Shown piece after piece: positions 1 to 8,336 of a DNA stretch of 20,000 nt. The notes beneath the pieces are model-generated. The model saw only the letters and a program-made list of their open reading frames with translations, was not told the DNA's origin and ran no database searches. Source of the stretch: an uncultured virus (IMG/VR IMGVR_UViG_3300040811_000464) (Duplodnaviria > Heunggongvirae > Uroviricota > Caudoviricetes); IMG/VR virus record IMGVR_UViG_3300040811_000464, one strand, 5' to 3'. The position numbers were made by a program, and so were the translations under genes. The first letter of the stretch is position 1; each line of letters opens with the position of its first letter.

Positions 1-1
1 A

Positions 2-505
2 GACCCTGAAGAAGCAACAGGTTTTGAAGTTGGTTATAAAAACATAACTTTCTTTAAATACAAATTTACAGAAGGTATCAATTACAGTTTTGCAGACTCA
101 CAGTTTGTTAACACTGGATCATATGACACTGAAGGTGTTAGATACATAAACAGTTTTGTTGTTGAAAAACTTAACACTACAATGATAGGTGTCGAGTTAG
201 GTTATACTAATAGTGATCAACCTCGTATTCCTGAGTACAAAGCAATCATATCATCTACAACTTATTTAGGTGATTATGATATTTCATTCAGATACACTGG
301 ATTGTTTAACAGAGAGCCTGGTCCATATGACGGCACAGAAATACTAGATGATGTAAGTTCATTTGACTACAAAATTGAAAAAGCATTCCCTAACTACTTG
401 CTATCTTTTACTGTAAGAGATATACTAGATGATGAATTTGAAATGGTACCTAACTATCGATCAGGTGGATTAGAGTATTTCTTAACACTACAATATAGGC
501 TTTAA
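2..505 (+). CDS. TonB-dependent outer-membrane receptor, C-terminal part of beta-barrel (5' truncated by window; BtuB/CirA-like)
   Basis: Frame is open from base 2 (DPEEATGFEVGYK...FVNTGSYDTEGV...), upstream of the track's ATG at 182. It shows the TBDR 'PE....E.G' motif, 'N.G...T.G', 'PRIPE' and a C-terminal TBDR-like signature (VRDILDDEFEMVPNYRSGGLEYFLTLQYRL) with alternating beta-strand pattern. Confidence 0.75.
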   Translation, partial: DPEEATGFEVGYKNITFFKYKFTEGINYSFADSQFVNTGSYDTEGVRYINSFVVEKLNTTMIGVELGYTNSDQPRIPEYKAIISSTTYLGDYDISFRYTGLFNREPGPYDGTEILDDVSSFDYKIEKAFPNYLLSFTVRDILDDEFEMVPNYRSGGLEYFLTLQYRL

Positions 506-508
506 TCG

Positions 509-1969
509 ATGCCGGGAATCGCAACACTACAAATTAAAGATGAAGTCAATCTAAAGATTGCTGGACTTGAATTAGATGCTCGTAGGGCACTAATGCAAAA
601 GTTTGAGTTTGAGGTTCCAGGCGCACGATATATGCCCAGTGTTAAGTTGGGGAGGTGGAACGGCAAGGTTAGTTATTGTAGCCTTGCTGGTTCTACTTAC
701 ATTAATCTGTTGGAAGAAATCATTCCGATATTAGAAGAACTAAACTATTCAATTGAATTGGAAGACATGCGTGAATATCAAACGCAATTTCAATTTGAAG
801 AAGTTCAGAAAGATTCATTTAAAGACGTACTGTGGCCTAAAGGACATGTCTGTGAGGGGCAACCAATTGAACTAAGAGACTATCAAGTTCAAGTTGTTAA
901 TGAGTTCTTAAAGAATCCTCAATCGATACAAGAAGTGGCTACAGGGGCAGGAAAGACTATTATGACTGCGGCACTAAGTAAGAGTGTAGAATCATATGGT
1001 CGAAGTATTGTGATTGTGCCTAATAAAAGTTTAGTATCACAAACTGAAGAAGATTATATCAACATGGGATTAGATGTTGGTGTATACTTTGGTGATCGTA
1101 AAGAATATTTTAAACAACATACTATTTGTACTTGGCAGTCTTTAAACATCTTACTAAAGAATACTAAAAGAGGAGATGTAGATTGTACTATAGGAGAGTT
1201 CATCGAAGGTGTTGTATGTGTCATTGTCGATGAAGTACACATGGCAAAAGCAGATGCATTGAAGCAACTGTTGACAGGTGTAATGGCACACGTCCCTATT
1301 AGATGGGGACTAACAGGTACTGTTCCAAAAGCAAAGTATGAATCAATTGCTTTGCAAGTAAGTTTGGGACCTGTAATTAACAAACTATCTGCAAAAGAAT
1401 TGCAAGATAAAGGAGTACTTGCTGAGTGTCACGTAAACATTGTTCAGTTACAAGATGAACAAGAGTTTAGTAATTACCAAAGTGAACTAAAGCATTTGCT
1501 CAATGATGAAAAACGATTAGACAAGATTGCTAGTCTGATTGATACAATAAAATTATCAGGTAATACTCTGATTCTAGTTGATCGTATCAATGCAGGACAT
1601 GCACTTGTAGAACGTTTAGACGATGCAGTATTTGTATCAGGAGGAATGAAAGTTGTTGACCGCAAAGAAGAATATGATGACGTTGCCACTAGTAATAATA
1701 AAATTATTGTTGCTACTTACGGTGTGGCTTCTACTGGTATCAATATTCCTAGGATTTTTAATCTTGTACTACTTGAGCCAGGTAAGTCTTTTGTTCGTGT
1801 CATACAGTCAATCGGCCGTGGCATTCGTAAAGCAGAAGACAAAGACTTTGTTCAAATTTGGGACATAACAAGTTCTTGTCGTTTCGCAAAAAGACACTTA
1901 ACTCAACGTAAGGCTTTTTATAGAGAAGCAAACTATCCGTTTGTTGTAGAGAAGTTGCAATATAAATGA
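509..1969 (+). CDS. uvsW: Superfamily 2 DNA helicase, T4 UvsW-like
   Basis: Q motif LRDYQ, Walker A ATGAGKT, Walker B DEVH, motif III GLTGT, motif V STGINIP, motif VI QSIGRGIR; N-terminal 'GRWNGK' typical of UvsW homologues. Confidence 0.9.
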   Translation: MPGIATLQIKDEVNLKIAGLELDARRALMQKFEFEVPGARYMPSVKLGRWNGKVSYCSLAGSTYINLLEEIIPILEELNYSIELEDMREYQTQFQFEEVQKDSFKDVLWPKGHVCEGQPIELRDYQVQVVNEFLKNPQSIQEVATGAGKTIMTAALSKSVESYGRSIVIVPNKSLVSQTEEDYINMGLDVGVYFGDRKEYFKQHTICTWQSLNILLKNTKRGDVDCTIGEFIEGVVCVIVDEVHMAKADALKQLLTGVMAHVPIRWGLTGTVPKAKYESIALQVSLGPVINKLSAKELQDKGVLAECHVNIVQLQDEQEFSNYQSELKHLLNDEKRLDKIASLIDTIKLSGNTLILVDRINAGHALVERLDDAVFVSGGMKVVDRKEEYDDVATSNNKIIVATYGVASTGINIPRIFNLVLLEPGKSFVRVIQSIGRGIRKAEDKDFVQIWDITSSCRFAKRHLTQRKAFYREANYPFVVEKLQYK

Positions 1970-1983
1970 TTTTACCTTTTAAC

Positions 1984-2012
1984 TTGAAATTCTACAAAGG
2001 AGTAGATATAAT
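1984..2012 (+). promoter_or_regulatory. Sigma70-type promoter (TTGAAA-17-TATAAT)
   Basis: TTGAAA 1984-1989, 17-nt spacer, TATAAT 2007-2012; ATG at 2019. Confidence 0.65.
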
Positions 2013-2018
2013 ATCAAA

Positions 2019-2519
2019 ATGAGAATACTAACACTAGAAGACCAATACTATAATTTAGAAACGTTACCAGAAGAAATCGATGACCTTCGATTTGCAATTT
2101 TAGATAATTCTAATCCTACATTTGTAGATTACTATTATATTCCACTTATCTTTTTAGAGTCGTTTAATGCTCCGGCAGTTGTATTGCAAGTTGGTGACAA
2201 ACAAATTAAGATGCCAGTTGATTGGCAAGTATTGATCGGTGATGAAGAAGGCGGAGATTTAGAAACACTTCCTCTCTCATCTTTGAATGACAGAGGCTTT
2301 TCAGTGTTTTCATTTAATCCGTTATCGTCATTCTCTCCGGGCTTTCTTCCAATAGAGATCGTAGACATCTATTCAGATGTAACATGGTATGCACCTAGAC
2401 TGCGTAATGGTCAGTTTTTATGTGTGCCTTTAGACGACGGTCCAAAGCCAAGATGTATCTACTTTGTCAAAGAGATTAGTAGAAATTGTGAAGTTGTAGA
2501 TTATGCTCAAGTCTTTTGA
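2019..2519 (+). CDS. Hypothetical phage protein, possible degenerate stand-alone Hint fold
   Basis: 166-aa ORF after a sigma70-like promoter; beta-rich pattern resembling Hint domains but without Cys1 or terminal His-Asn. Confidence 0.6.
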   Translation: MRILTLEDQYYNLETLPEEIDDLRFAILDNSNPTFVDYYYIPLIFLESFNAPAVVLQVGDKQIKMPVDWQVLIGDEEGGDLETLPLSSLNDRGFSVFSFNPLSSFSPGFLPIEIVDIYSDVTWYAPRLRNGQFLCVPLDDGPKPRCIYFVKEISRNCEVVDYAQVF

Positions 2520-2658
2520 TCATTGGAAGAACGTCTGTAAACTACATTGGAAAGAAATAGTTACACTGTCTATTGCATTGCATTGGATAGTTGATTTGTT
2601 TATTATAGCACCCTTATCGATGGCAATAGGGTGGTTTGCAAGAGGTTATTTTGGCTAG
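2503..2658 (+). CDS. Small putative membrane protein (51 aa), not in ORF track
   Basis: ATG 2503 to TAG 2658 gives MLKSFDHWKNVCKLHWKEIVTLSIALHWIVDLFIIAPLSMAIGWFARGYFG; it fills the gap and overlaps both neighbours; long hydrophobic stretch. Confidence 0.6.
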   Translation: MLKSFDHWKNVCKLHWKEIVTLSIALHWIVDLFIIAPLSMAIGWFARGYFG

Positions 2659-3238
2659 AGCAAAAACACCAACAGATGAAAAGTTTGAAAAACAAGACTT
2701 TAACTTGTTTGAAGCAATAGCGGCAATCGATAAAAAAGATTATGGTTACTATGACAGATTAACTGCTGAACAACAAAAGAAGTTTGTTCCATTTATGATG
2801 TTGCATTGGATAAGTGTAGTAAAAGGTAAACGTGAGTTATCACAATATTATTTGCAAAGTGTTGACTATCATGCCAACACACATTTGTTTAATGAAAACG
2901 TAATGCATCATCCTAAATTACAATGGTTGATGATGTGTGCGGCAAGCCCAGGTATAGGCAAACAGTATCATCAATGGATCCCTCACATCAAAGCAGGTGT
3001 GAGTAAGTTAAAAGAGACTGCAAAGCCTAAAGACATAAAAGATTATTATAAAAAGGTATATCCTAAACTAACAGCAGGAGACTTGACTGAAATAGCAAAT
3101 GCATTTTGTGTACAACATAAACGTAAAATGTATCTAGCAGAAAAGTTTCCTGAATTAAAATTCGATGAGGTAGAATTACTTAGTGAACTCGTTACAGATA
3201 ATGAAATCGAAGAATACGAAAAAGAACTTGGCAACTAA
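2651..3238 (+). CDS. Clamp-loader small subunit, T4 gp62-like
   Basis: Pattern LFEAIAAI...FVPFMMLHWIS...N...HPKLQWLMM...GKQYHQWI resembles phage clamp-loader A subunits; probable TTG start at 2651 with AGAGG SD at 2641-2645; replication context. Confidence 0.6.
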   Translation: MARAKTPTDEKFEKQDFNLFEAIAAIDKKDYGYYDRLTAEQQKKFVPFMMLHWISVVKGKRELSQYYLQSVDYHANTHLFNENVMHHPKLQWLMMCAASPGIGKQYHQWIPHIKAGVSKLKETAKPKDIKDYYKKVYPKLTAGDLTEIANAFCVQHKRKMYLAEKFPELKFDEVELLSELVTDNEIEEYEKELGN

Positions 3239-3908
3239 TTTTGGTTGCGACTTTTGCGGAAGAAGTTTCGCAAAAGAGAGTACTATTGATAAACATATTT
3301 GCGAACAGAAACGCAGATACGGAGATAGAAACCTTAAAGGTAATCGTATTGGTTTTACTGCATGGTTAAACTTCTATGCACAAAACACTTCTAGTAAAAA
3401 ACAAAAGACTTATATAGACTTTACTAAAAGTTCTTATTACTTAGCCTTTGTTAAGTTCGGTCATTACTGTGTCAACACAAGATGTATCAATGTCAATCGT
3501 TATGCTGATTGGTTACTTAAAAATCAAATTAGAATTGATAGTTGGACTAGTGATAAAAATTACACTAAGTTTATTATTGAATATCTTAGACAAGAAAATG
3601 CATTAGATGCAATAGGTCGTAGCATAGAAACATTAATTGAAATTTGTAAGGATGACAAGATAGAAAATAAAGATGCATTTAGATATGGTGCACCAAATAG
3701 AATTTGTTATGAAGTAACAACAGGAAGAATATCTCCTTGGAGTCTATATCACAGTGAATCTGGATTAGAGTTTTTAGGTAAATTAGATGATATACAACAA
3801 AAGATGGTATTAGAATATATTGATCCTGAAAAATGGGCGATCAAATTTAAACGCAATGAAGAAGAAGTTACAGAAGTAAAACAATTATTGAGAGAAGCGG
3901 GATATTGA
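3228..3908 (+). CDS. Hypothetical protein with N-terminal C2H2/C2HC-type zinc finger
   Basis: FGCDFCGRSFAKESTIDKHICEQKRR; probable TTG start at 3228 overlapping the upstream stop. Confidence 0.65.
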   Translation: MATNFGCDFCGRSFAKESTIDKHICEQKRRYGDRNLKGNRIGFTAWLNFYAQNTSSKKQKTYIDFTKSSYYLAFVKFGHYCVNTRCINVNRYADWLLKNQIRIDSWTSDKNYTKFIIEYLRQENALDAIGRSIETLIEICKDDKIENKDAFRYGAPNRICYEVTTGRISPWSLYHSESGLEFLGKLDDIQQKMVLEYIDPEKWAIKFKRNEEEVTEVKQLLREAGY

Positions 3909-4297
3909 ATACAGTAGAAGTACATTTACAATTTTATGAACTAGATGGTCGATGGAAAGGATCTGACATATTTAAGTGGAGTTGTGTTACTAAAACTCCT
4001 CCCAAGTATGAACGTTTTCATCCTACACCTCTAGCACATTCTGATTTGTCTACTATCATAAATTTTAACAAAGTAAGAGACTGGTGCTGGGATACGTGGG
4101 GACCTAGTTGTGATTTGAAAGATTACGACAGAGTGCATGAACTATCAAACTACATGAGCCTAGCACAATACAACGACAGTACATACGACACACTAAACGA
4201 ACATTGGTGTTGGTCTAACGAAGAAGTTCATAAACAACGTAGAATATATCTAGCAGGCGATGAAGAACGTGTGTGGCTAGAAACGAGGTGGCAATGA
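3905..4297 (+). CDS. Hypothetical phage protein (Trp-rich)
   Basis: 130-aa ORF with TTGA and ATGA overlaps to both neighbours. Confidence 0.6.
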   Translation: MNTVEVHLQFYELDGRWKGSDIFKWSCVTKTPPKYERFHPTPLAHSDLSTIINFNKVRDWCWDTWGPSCDLKDYDRVHELSNYMSLAQYNDSTYDTLNEHWCWSNEEVHKQRRIYLAGDEERVWLETRWQ

Positions 4298-5100
4298 GTC
4301 AGTGGCACGGTGGAAAAGGATCCGCACCTAGAAAGGGAGAAAATCAAAAAGCCTATGCCGCTAACTATGATCGTATCTTCGGTAAAAAAGATATCATTAA
4401 TAATCAATTATCACATGAAGGCAAGGGGTTTGATATCATTAATGATATCGTCTCAGACGACCTTATTGAACGTATAAACAACAGAAAAGATGAACTCTAC
4501 CCTGTCAGAGCATCCACACATAAAAAGCAATATGCAGAAGCAGAGGCATGTAATAAACTATTTGGTATTGCTGTATGGTGGAGTCAACTCACAGATGATT
4601 GGGAAGAAGTACAAGAGATACATGAACTCATCTATCCTGAAATCAAAAAGCATTTAACTGATGCAACATTTTATGCAAGTGATATCGTAACAATCAATGG
4701 TCCAAGCAGATGGGTAGGACCTCATATTGATACACCGCACAGATTTAAAAAATATAATAAAAGGGAAAACAATGATGTCTGTGGTATACAGGTTATTATT
4801 CCACTTGATGACTTAGACAAAGACACAGGAGCAACTGGACTTATCCCTTATAGTCATCAACAAGATTGGGATATACAAGATTGCTATGAAGGCGTGCATG
4901 ATGAATACTTTTTAGAGAATGCAGAACAATATGATATGCCAAAAGGTAGTATCTTGTTTTACAATACTCGTTTAATGCATTCTACTATGCCACTACATTT
5001 ACCCAAAAAACGTTCCATTTTGTTGATTAATTACCTCAGAAATGATATAATAAAAGAAATAAAAGACGAAGATAACGTATGGAGTTCTAATGGCAAATGA
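4294..5100 (+). CDS. PhyH-like 2-oxoglutarate/Fe(II) dioxygenase with a short extra N-terminal module
   Basis: HxD (PHIDTP), 'IPLDD...GAT...PYSH', 'GSILFYN...MHS' and distal R (KKRS). ATG 4294 with GAGGTG SD at 4285-4290. Confidence 0.8.
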   Translation: MSQWHGGKGSAPRKGENQKAYAANYDRIFGKKDIINNQLSHEGKGFDIINDIVSDDLIERINNRKDELYPVRASTHKKQYAEAEACNKLFGIAVWWSQLTDDWEEVQEIHELIYPEIKKHLTDATFYASDIVTINGPSRWVGPHIDTPHRFKKYNKRENNDVCGIQVIIPLDDLDKDTGATGLIPYSHQQDWDIQDCYEGVHDEYFLENAEQYDMPKGSILFYNTRLMHSTMPLHLPKKRSILLINYLRNDIIKEIKDEDNVWSSNGK

Positions 5101-5632
5101 CGTAATGATAGATATGGAAACTCTAAGTACAGATCCTGATTGTGTTATTTTAACGATCGGTGCTGTTCGTTTTGATCCTATGGGTACTGGAGTCGTAGAA
5201 AAACTAGAACTACGTCCTGAGATAGATTCGCAAACAGAAGAATTAAATAGACATATAAACCCTGATACATTAAGGTGGTGGGGAGAACAAAGTGAGGATG
5301 CAATTGATGAAGCAATGGGTGACAGAGATAGGATTCCGTTTAAAGATGCAATGGATCAGTTATACAAGTTCTGCTGGAATCGCAGAGCAGTTTGGTCTAA
5401 TGGTGCTGGTTTTGATATTGTTGTTGCAGAGAATGCCTTTAGGCAATTAGAAATGCCGATACCCTGGCCTTTCTACACTATTAGAGACACAAGAACAATA
5501 TATGATCTTTGCAACGTATCTCTTAAAGATGGTCAAGCAGTAACGTCTCACAAGGCTGTAGAAGACGCAGAACACCAAGCAATCGTTGTGCAACGTGCAT
5601 ATCAGAAACTTAAACAAGCAGGACTTAAATGA
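5090..5632 (+). CDS. DEDDh 3'-5' exonuclease (RNase AS / ExoVIII-like family)
   Basis: ExoI MIDMET, ExoII WSNGAGFD, RDTRT, ExoIII HKAVEDA. Confidence 0.85.
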   Translation: MANDVMIDMETLSTDPDCVILTIGAVRFDPMGTGVVEKLELRPEIDSQTEELNRHINPDTLRWWGEQSEDAIDEAMGDRDRIPFKDAMDQLYKFCWNRRAVWSNGAGFDIVVAENAFRQLEMPIPWPFYTIRDTRTIYDLCNVSLKDGQAVTSHKAVEDAEHQAIVVQRAYQKLKQAGLK

Positions 5633-6210
5633 GTATACAGTCAGATATTGATATTGACTTTGGAGATAGAGAAAAACTACTCAAGTTGATTAAACATGTA
5701 CCTGCGGCAATGCGTGATGTAGAGCCAATAAAGAAACATCCTACTGGTGTATACATAACAGATGTACCCTATGACCCTGTAAATGATATGTGTTCTTTAG
5801 ATTATAAAGAAGCAGATCAAAGAGGATACTTTAAGTTAGACCTGTTAAATGTTAACATCTATAAAGCAGTAAAAGATGAATTACATTTAATTAGTCTTAT
5901 GACTGAGCCTAATTGGGAACGATTAAAAGAAAGAAATTTTGTATCTGTGTTGTTGCATCTAAACAAACAATATGATGTTATGCAACAAATGCCAGAGCCT
6001 ATTAATAGTATTCCAAGATTAGCAATGTTTTTGGCTATCATTCGTCCAGCAAAAAGAAATCTTATTGGAAAGACATGGAAAGAGATAAGTAAAACTGTGT
6101 GGATTGACAACAATACAGGATACACGTTTAAAAAGTCACATGCAGTGGCATATGCACAATTAGTTGTAGTGCATATGAATTTATTAGAGGAGCAAGATGA
6201 GTCAATATAA
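5629..6210 (+). CDS. Miniature DNA polymerase III alpha (DnaE, family C) palm/fingers protein
   Basis: Collinear DnaE motifs: SDIDIDF, KHPTGVY, GYFKLDLLNV, LAIIRPA, YTFKKSHAVAYA in only 193 aa. Confidence 0.8.
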   Translation: MSIQSDIDIDFGDREKLLKLIKHVPAAMRDVEPIKKHPTGVYITDVPYDPVNDMCSLDYKEADQRGYFKLDLLNVNIYKAVKDELHLISLMTEPNWERLKERNFVSVLLHLNKQYDVMQQMPEPINSIPRLAMFLAIIRPAKRNLIGKTWKEISKTVWIDNNTGYTFKKSHAVAYAQLVVVHMNLLEEQDESI

Positions 6211-6469
6211 TGAAGTCGTTGAGAGACAAAGACAAATGATAAAAGCCGAAGAGTGGTCAAAAGGAGTTAAGTGCGTACATGCCCATAGTTTTACCTCATT
6301 GTGGTATGAAAACAATCCAGATAGAACTGGTGATGATTTGCGTGTACTTGATACTGAATACCGAGACGGCACAGTCAAAAGAAAATATCTTGTGTCAGGC
6401 AAAACAGAAATAATTGGAAATAAACTAACTGGTCAAGCCTTACTTGATGAGTTTACTAGGAATACATAA
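6197..6469 (+). CDS. Hypothetical protein
   Basis: 90-aa ORF with GAGGAG SD, overlapping both neighbours. Confidence 0.65.
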   Translation: MSQYNEVVERQRQMIKAEEWSKGVKCVHAHSFTSLWYENNPDRTGDDLRVLDTEYRDGTVKRKYLVSGKTEIIGNKLTGQALLDEFTRNT

Positions 6470-7026
6470 TGGAAGAACTTACTTTAACATTGTTATCAGA
6501 AAATGATCCTAAATTAAAGGAACCTTGCGAACCATGGGACTTTAAACTAGACGGCGATCCAACTGAACTTATTAAAGCAATGACTAAAGTTATGTTTAAT
6601 CCTAATCATCCTGGTATTGGTTTAGCGGCGCCTCAGTGCGGAGTAATGAAAAACATTTTGATTATGGGAACTGATGAAAAGTTAATGGCTTTTATTAATC
6701 CTCAAATAGATGAACTTAGAGGAGAAAAAGAATTATTCTTAGAAGGTTGTTTGAGTTATCCTGATCTATGGTTACATGTTCCAAGACAACCTGAATGCGT
6801 AGTCACTTATCAACAAATCGATGGGGAAGTCGTTAAAGAAAAACATCTTACTGGTATCCAAGCACGTGTATTCTTACATGAGTATGATCACCTATTAGGT
6901 GTTACGTTTGAAGAACGTGTACAAAGCAAACTTAGTTTAGAATTGGCTAAAAAACGTAGAGCAAAGAAGAAACGTCAAATTGCTAAGATGGCTAAAAGAC
7001 TTAGTAAGGTCTCTTCACCAACGTAA
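6469..7026 (+). CDS. def: Peptide deformylase
   Basis: All three PDF motifs: GIGLAAPQCG, EGCLS, HEYDH. Confidence 0.95.
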   Translation: MEELTLTLLSENDPKLKEPCEPWDFKLDGDPTELIKAMTKVMFNPNHPGIGLAAPQCGVMKNILIMGTDEKLMAFINPQIDELRGEKELFLEGCLSYPDLWLHVPRQPECVVTYQQIDGEVVKEKHLTGIQARVFLHEYDHLLGVTFEERVQSKLSLELAKKRRAKKKRQIAKMAKRLSKVSSPT

Positions 7027-7393
7027 TCGATTTTCTTTTAACTCTTTTCTTTTGAAAGTCAGTCATTGATACGATAGGTCCATGTAACAATGTCAATGAT
7101 TTGTTATTGAATGTTCTTAAGAAAGGCTTAAACATAGCCCACTCTTGCTTAAGAAATAAATGAATTGGTATTTGACGATTTGATTCCCACCACCAAACAT
7201 CTCCTAATTCTAAAAACTTTAGTCTTTTTTTAGGATCAACTATTGCACCATAATCATAGATAGTTGTAACAAGATCATCACGGTTTTGAACAATGCCCAC
7301 AAAGTCTTGTCCGGCATATTGTAACACCGAAATAAACGGGTGAGTCTCTGTCAATTTGACAAAAAAATCGATTGGTTTCTTTGAATCTGTCAT
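7001..7393 (-). CDS. Hypothetical phage protein (130 aa), the only credible minus-strand gene
   Basis: Probable ATG at 7393 (MTDSKKPIDFF...), 10 nt downstream of a minus-strand TAAATA motif; fills a gap with no + strand ORF. Confidence 0.7.
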   Translation of the reverse strand: MTDSKKPIDFFVKLTETHPFISVLQYAGQDFVGIVQNRDDLVTTIYDYGAIVDPKKRLKFLELGDVWWWESNRQIPIHLFLKQEWAMFKPFLRTFNNKSLTLLHGPIVSMTDFQKKRVKRKSITLVKRPY

Positions 7394-7402
7394 CTCTGTA
7401 AA

Positions 7403-7462
7403 GTATTTAGTACGATGAAAAAAATGGTCAAATTTTTTGGTAAACACACCTAAAGATAAATA
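7403..7462. promoter_or_regulatory. Divergent pair of late-promoter-like TAAATA motifs
   Basis: Minus-strand CTAAATAC (7403-7410) and plus-strand GATAAATA (7455-7462); both resemble the T4 late promoter TATAAATA. Confidence 0.6.
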
Positions 7463-7485
7463 TATACTATAGGAGATTAAAATTT

Positions 7486-8286
7486 GTGTCTTACACTACA
7501 TCAGTATATACATATACAGTCAGACAAGTCGTTGTGGTTTTGTCAGGCACAAGCCCGAGGAAATATATGCCAGTCTATTCAAAGCCATTAACGTTAAACA
7601 AAGGTGTTGACAATCAATTGCAGTTTCAATTTCTGAATCAGGAACAGAAGCCAGTTGATCTATCATCTATTGCTACAGCAAATCAACAGATATCATTTAG
7701 AGCCCTTAACTCAGATGGTACCGAAATCCTTTTCAGAAAGGCGTTAACACCTGTACTTGATGTCAATGGTATATTTCAATTAAACACAACAGCGGCTGAA
7801 ATTGAAAACATTGAATCACAAAAATGTTTTTATTCATTAGAGTGGCCAAGTGGCAATCTTAACTTGCCTGTCTTTGTAGATTCAAAAGCAGGTGCAAGAG
7901 GTGATTTAAATATTGTTGACTCTATACTACCTTCGTTTGTACCGTCACAGAACGTAACGATACCAAACGATCAACCATTTCCTAATGCAAATGCTAATGC
8001 AAATTCAGAAGCAGTAACATTTTATTCAAGTATTATTAACACGCAAGACAATCCTGTATTAACTACTTCAATCGACTATGCAAATTATGTAGGCAACGTT
8101 ACTATTCAAGGATCAACTTTAGTCGATGCAAACTTTTATGATATCGAAACACATACCTATGGTAATGCAGAAACAGGCGAGAGTGAATCTAGGACTATAG
8201 GTTATACAATCGACGGCTATCATCCATTTGTAAAGGTTAAATTTGAATCTAATGTGGGTAACATAGTTACTATTTTGGCTAGATAA
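7486..8286 (+). CDS. Probable virion structural protein (beta-rich; BppU-N-like start)
   Basis: GTG start with AGGAG SD; late-type motif upstream; 'LNKGVDNQLQFQFLNQEQKPVDLS' resembles baseplate upper protein N-terminal domains. Confidence 0.5.
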   Translation: MSYTTSVYTYTVRQVVVVLSGTSPRKYMPVYSKPLTLNKGVDNQLQFQFLNQEQKPVDLSSIATANQQISFRALNSDGTEILFRKALTPVLDVNGIFQLNTTAAEIENIESQKCFYSLEWPSGNLNLPVFVDSKAGARGDLNIVDSILPSFVPSQNVTIPNDQPFPNANANANSEAVTFYSSIINTQDNPVLTTSIDYANYVGNVTIQGSTLVDANFYDIETHTYGNAETGESESRTIGYTIDGYHPFVKVKFESNVGNIVTILAR

Positions 8287-8300
8287 GTTACCCTGTTTAC

Positions 8301-8329
8301 TTGTTTTAACTCTTATTTTCGTCTATAAT
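8301..8329 (+). promoter_or_regulatory. Sigma70-type promoter (TTGTTT-17-TATAAT)
   Basis: TTGTTT 8301-8306, 17-nt spacer, TATAAT 8324-8329; ATG at 8337. Confidence 0.6.
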
Positions 8330-8336
8330 ATCAGAT

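Noticed and set aside
5629..6210. dnaE pseudogene or intron/intein-split gene
   Set aside because: The ORF is intact, tightly coupled on both sides, with motifs kept in order across clean internal deletions; no flanking DnaE remnants or intron-sized gap seen.
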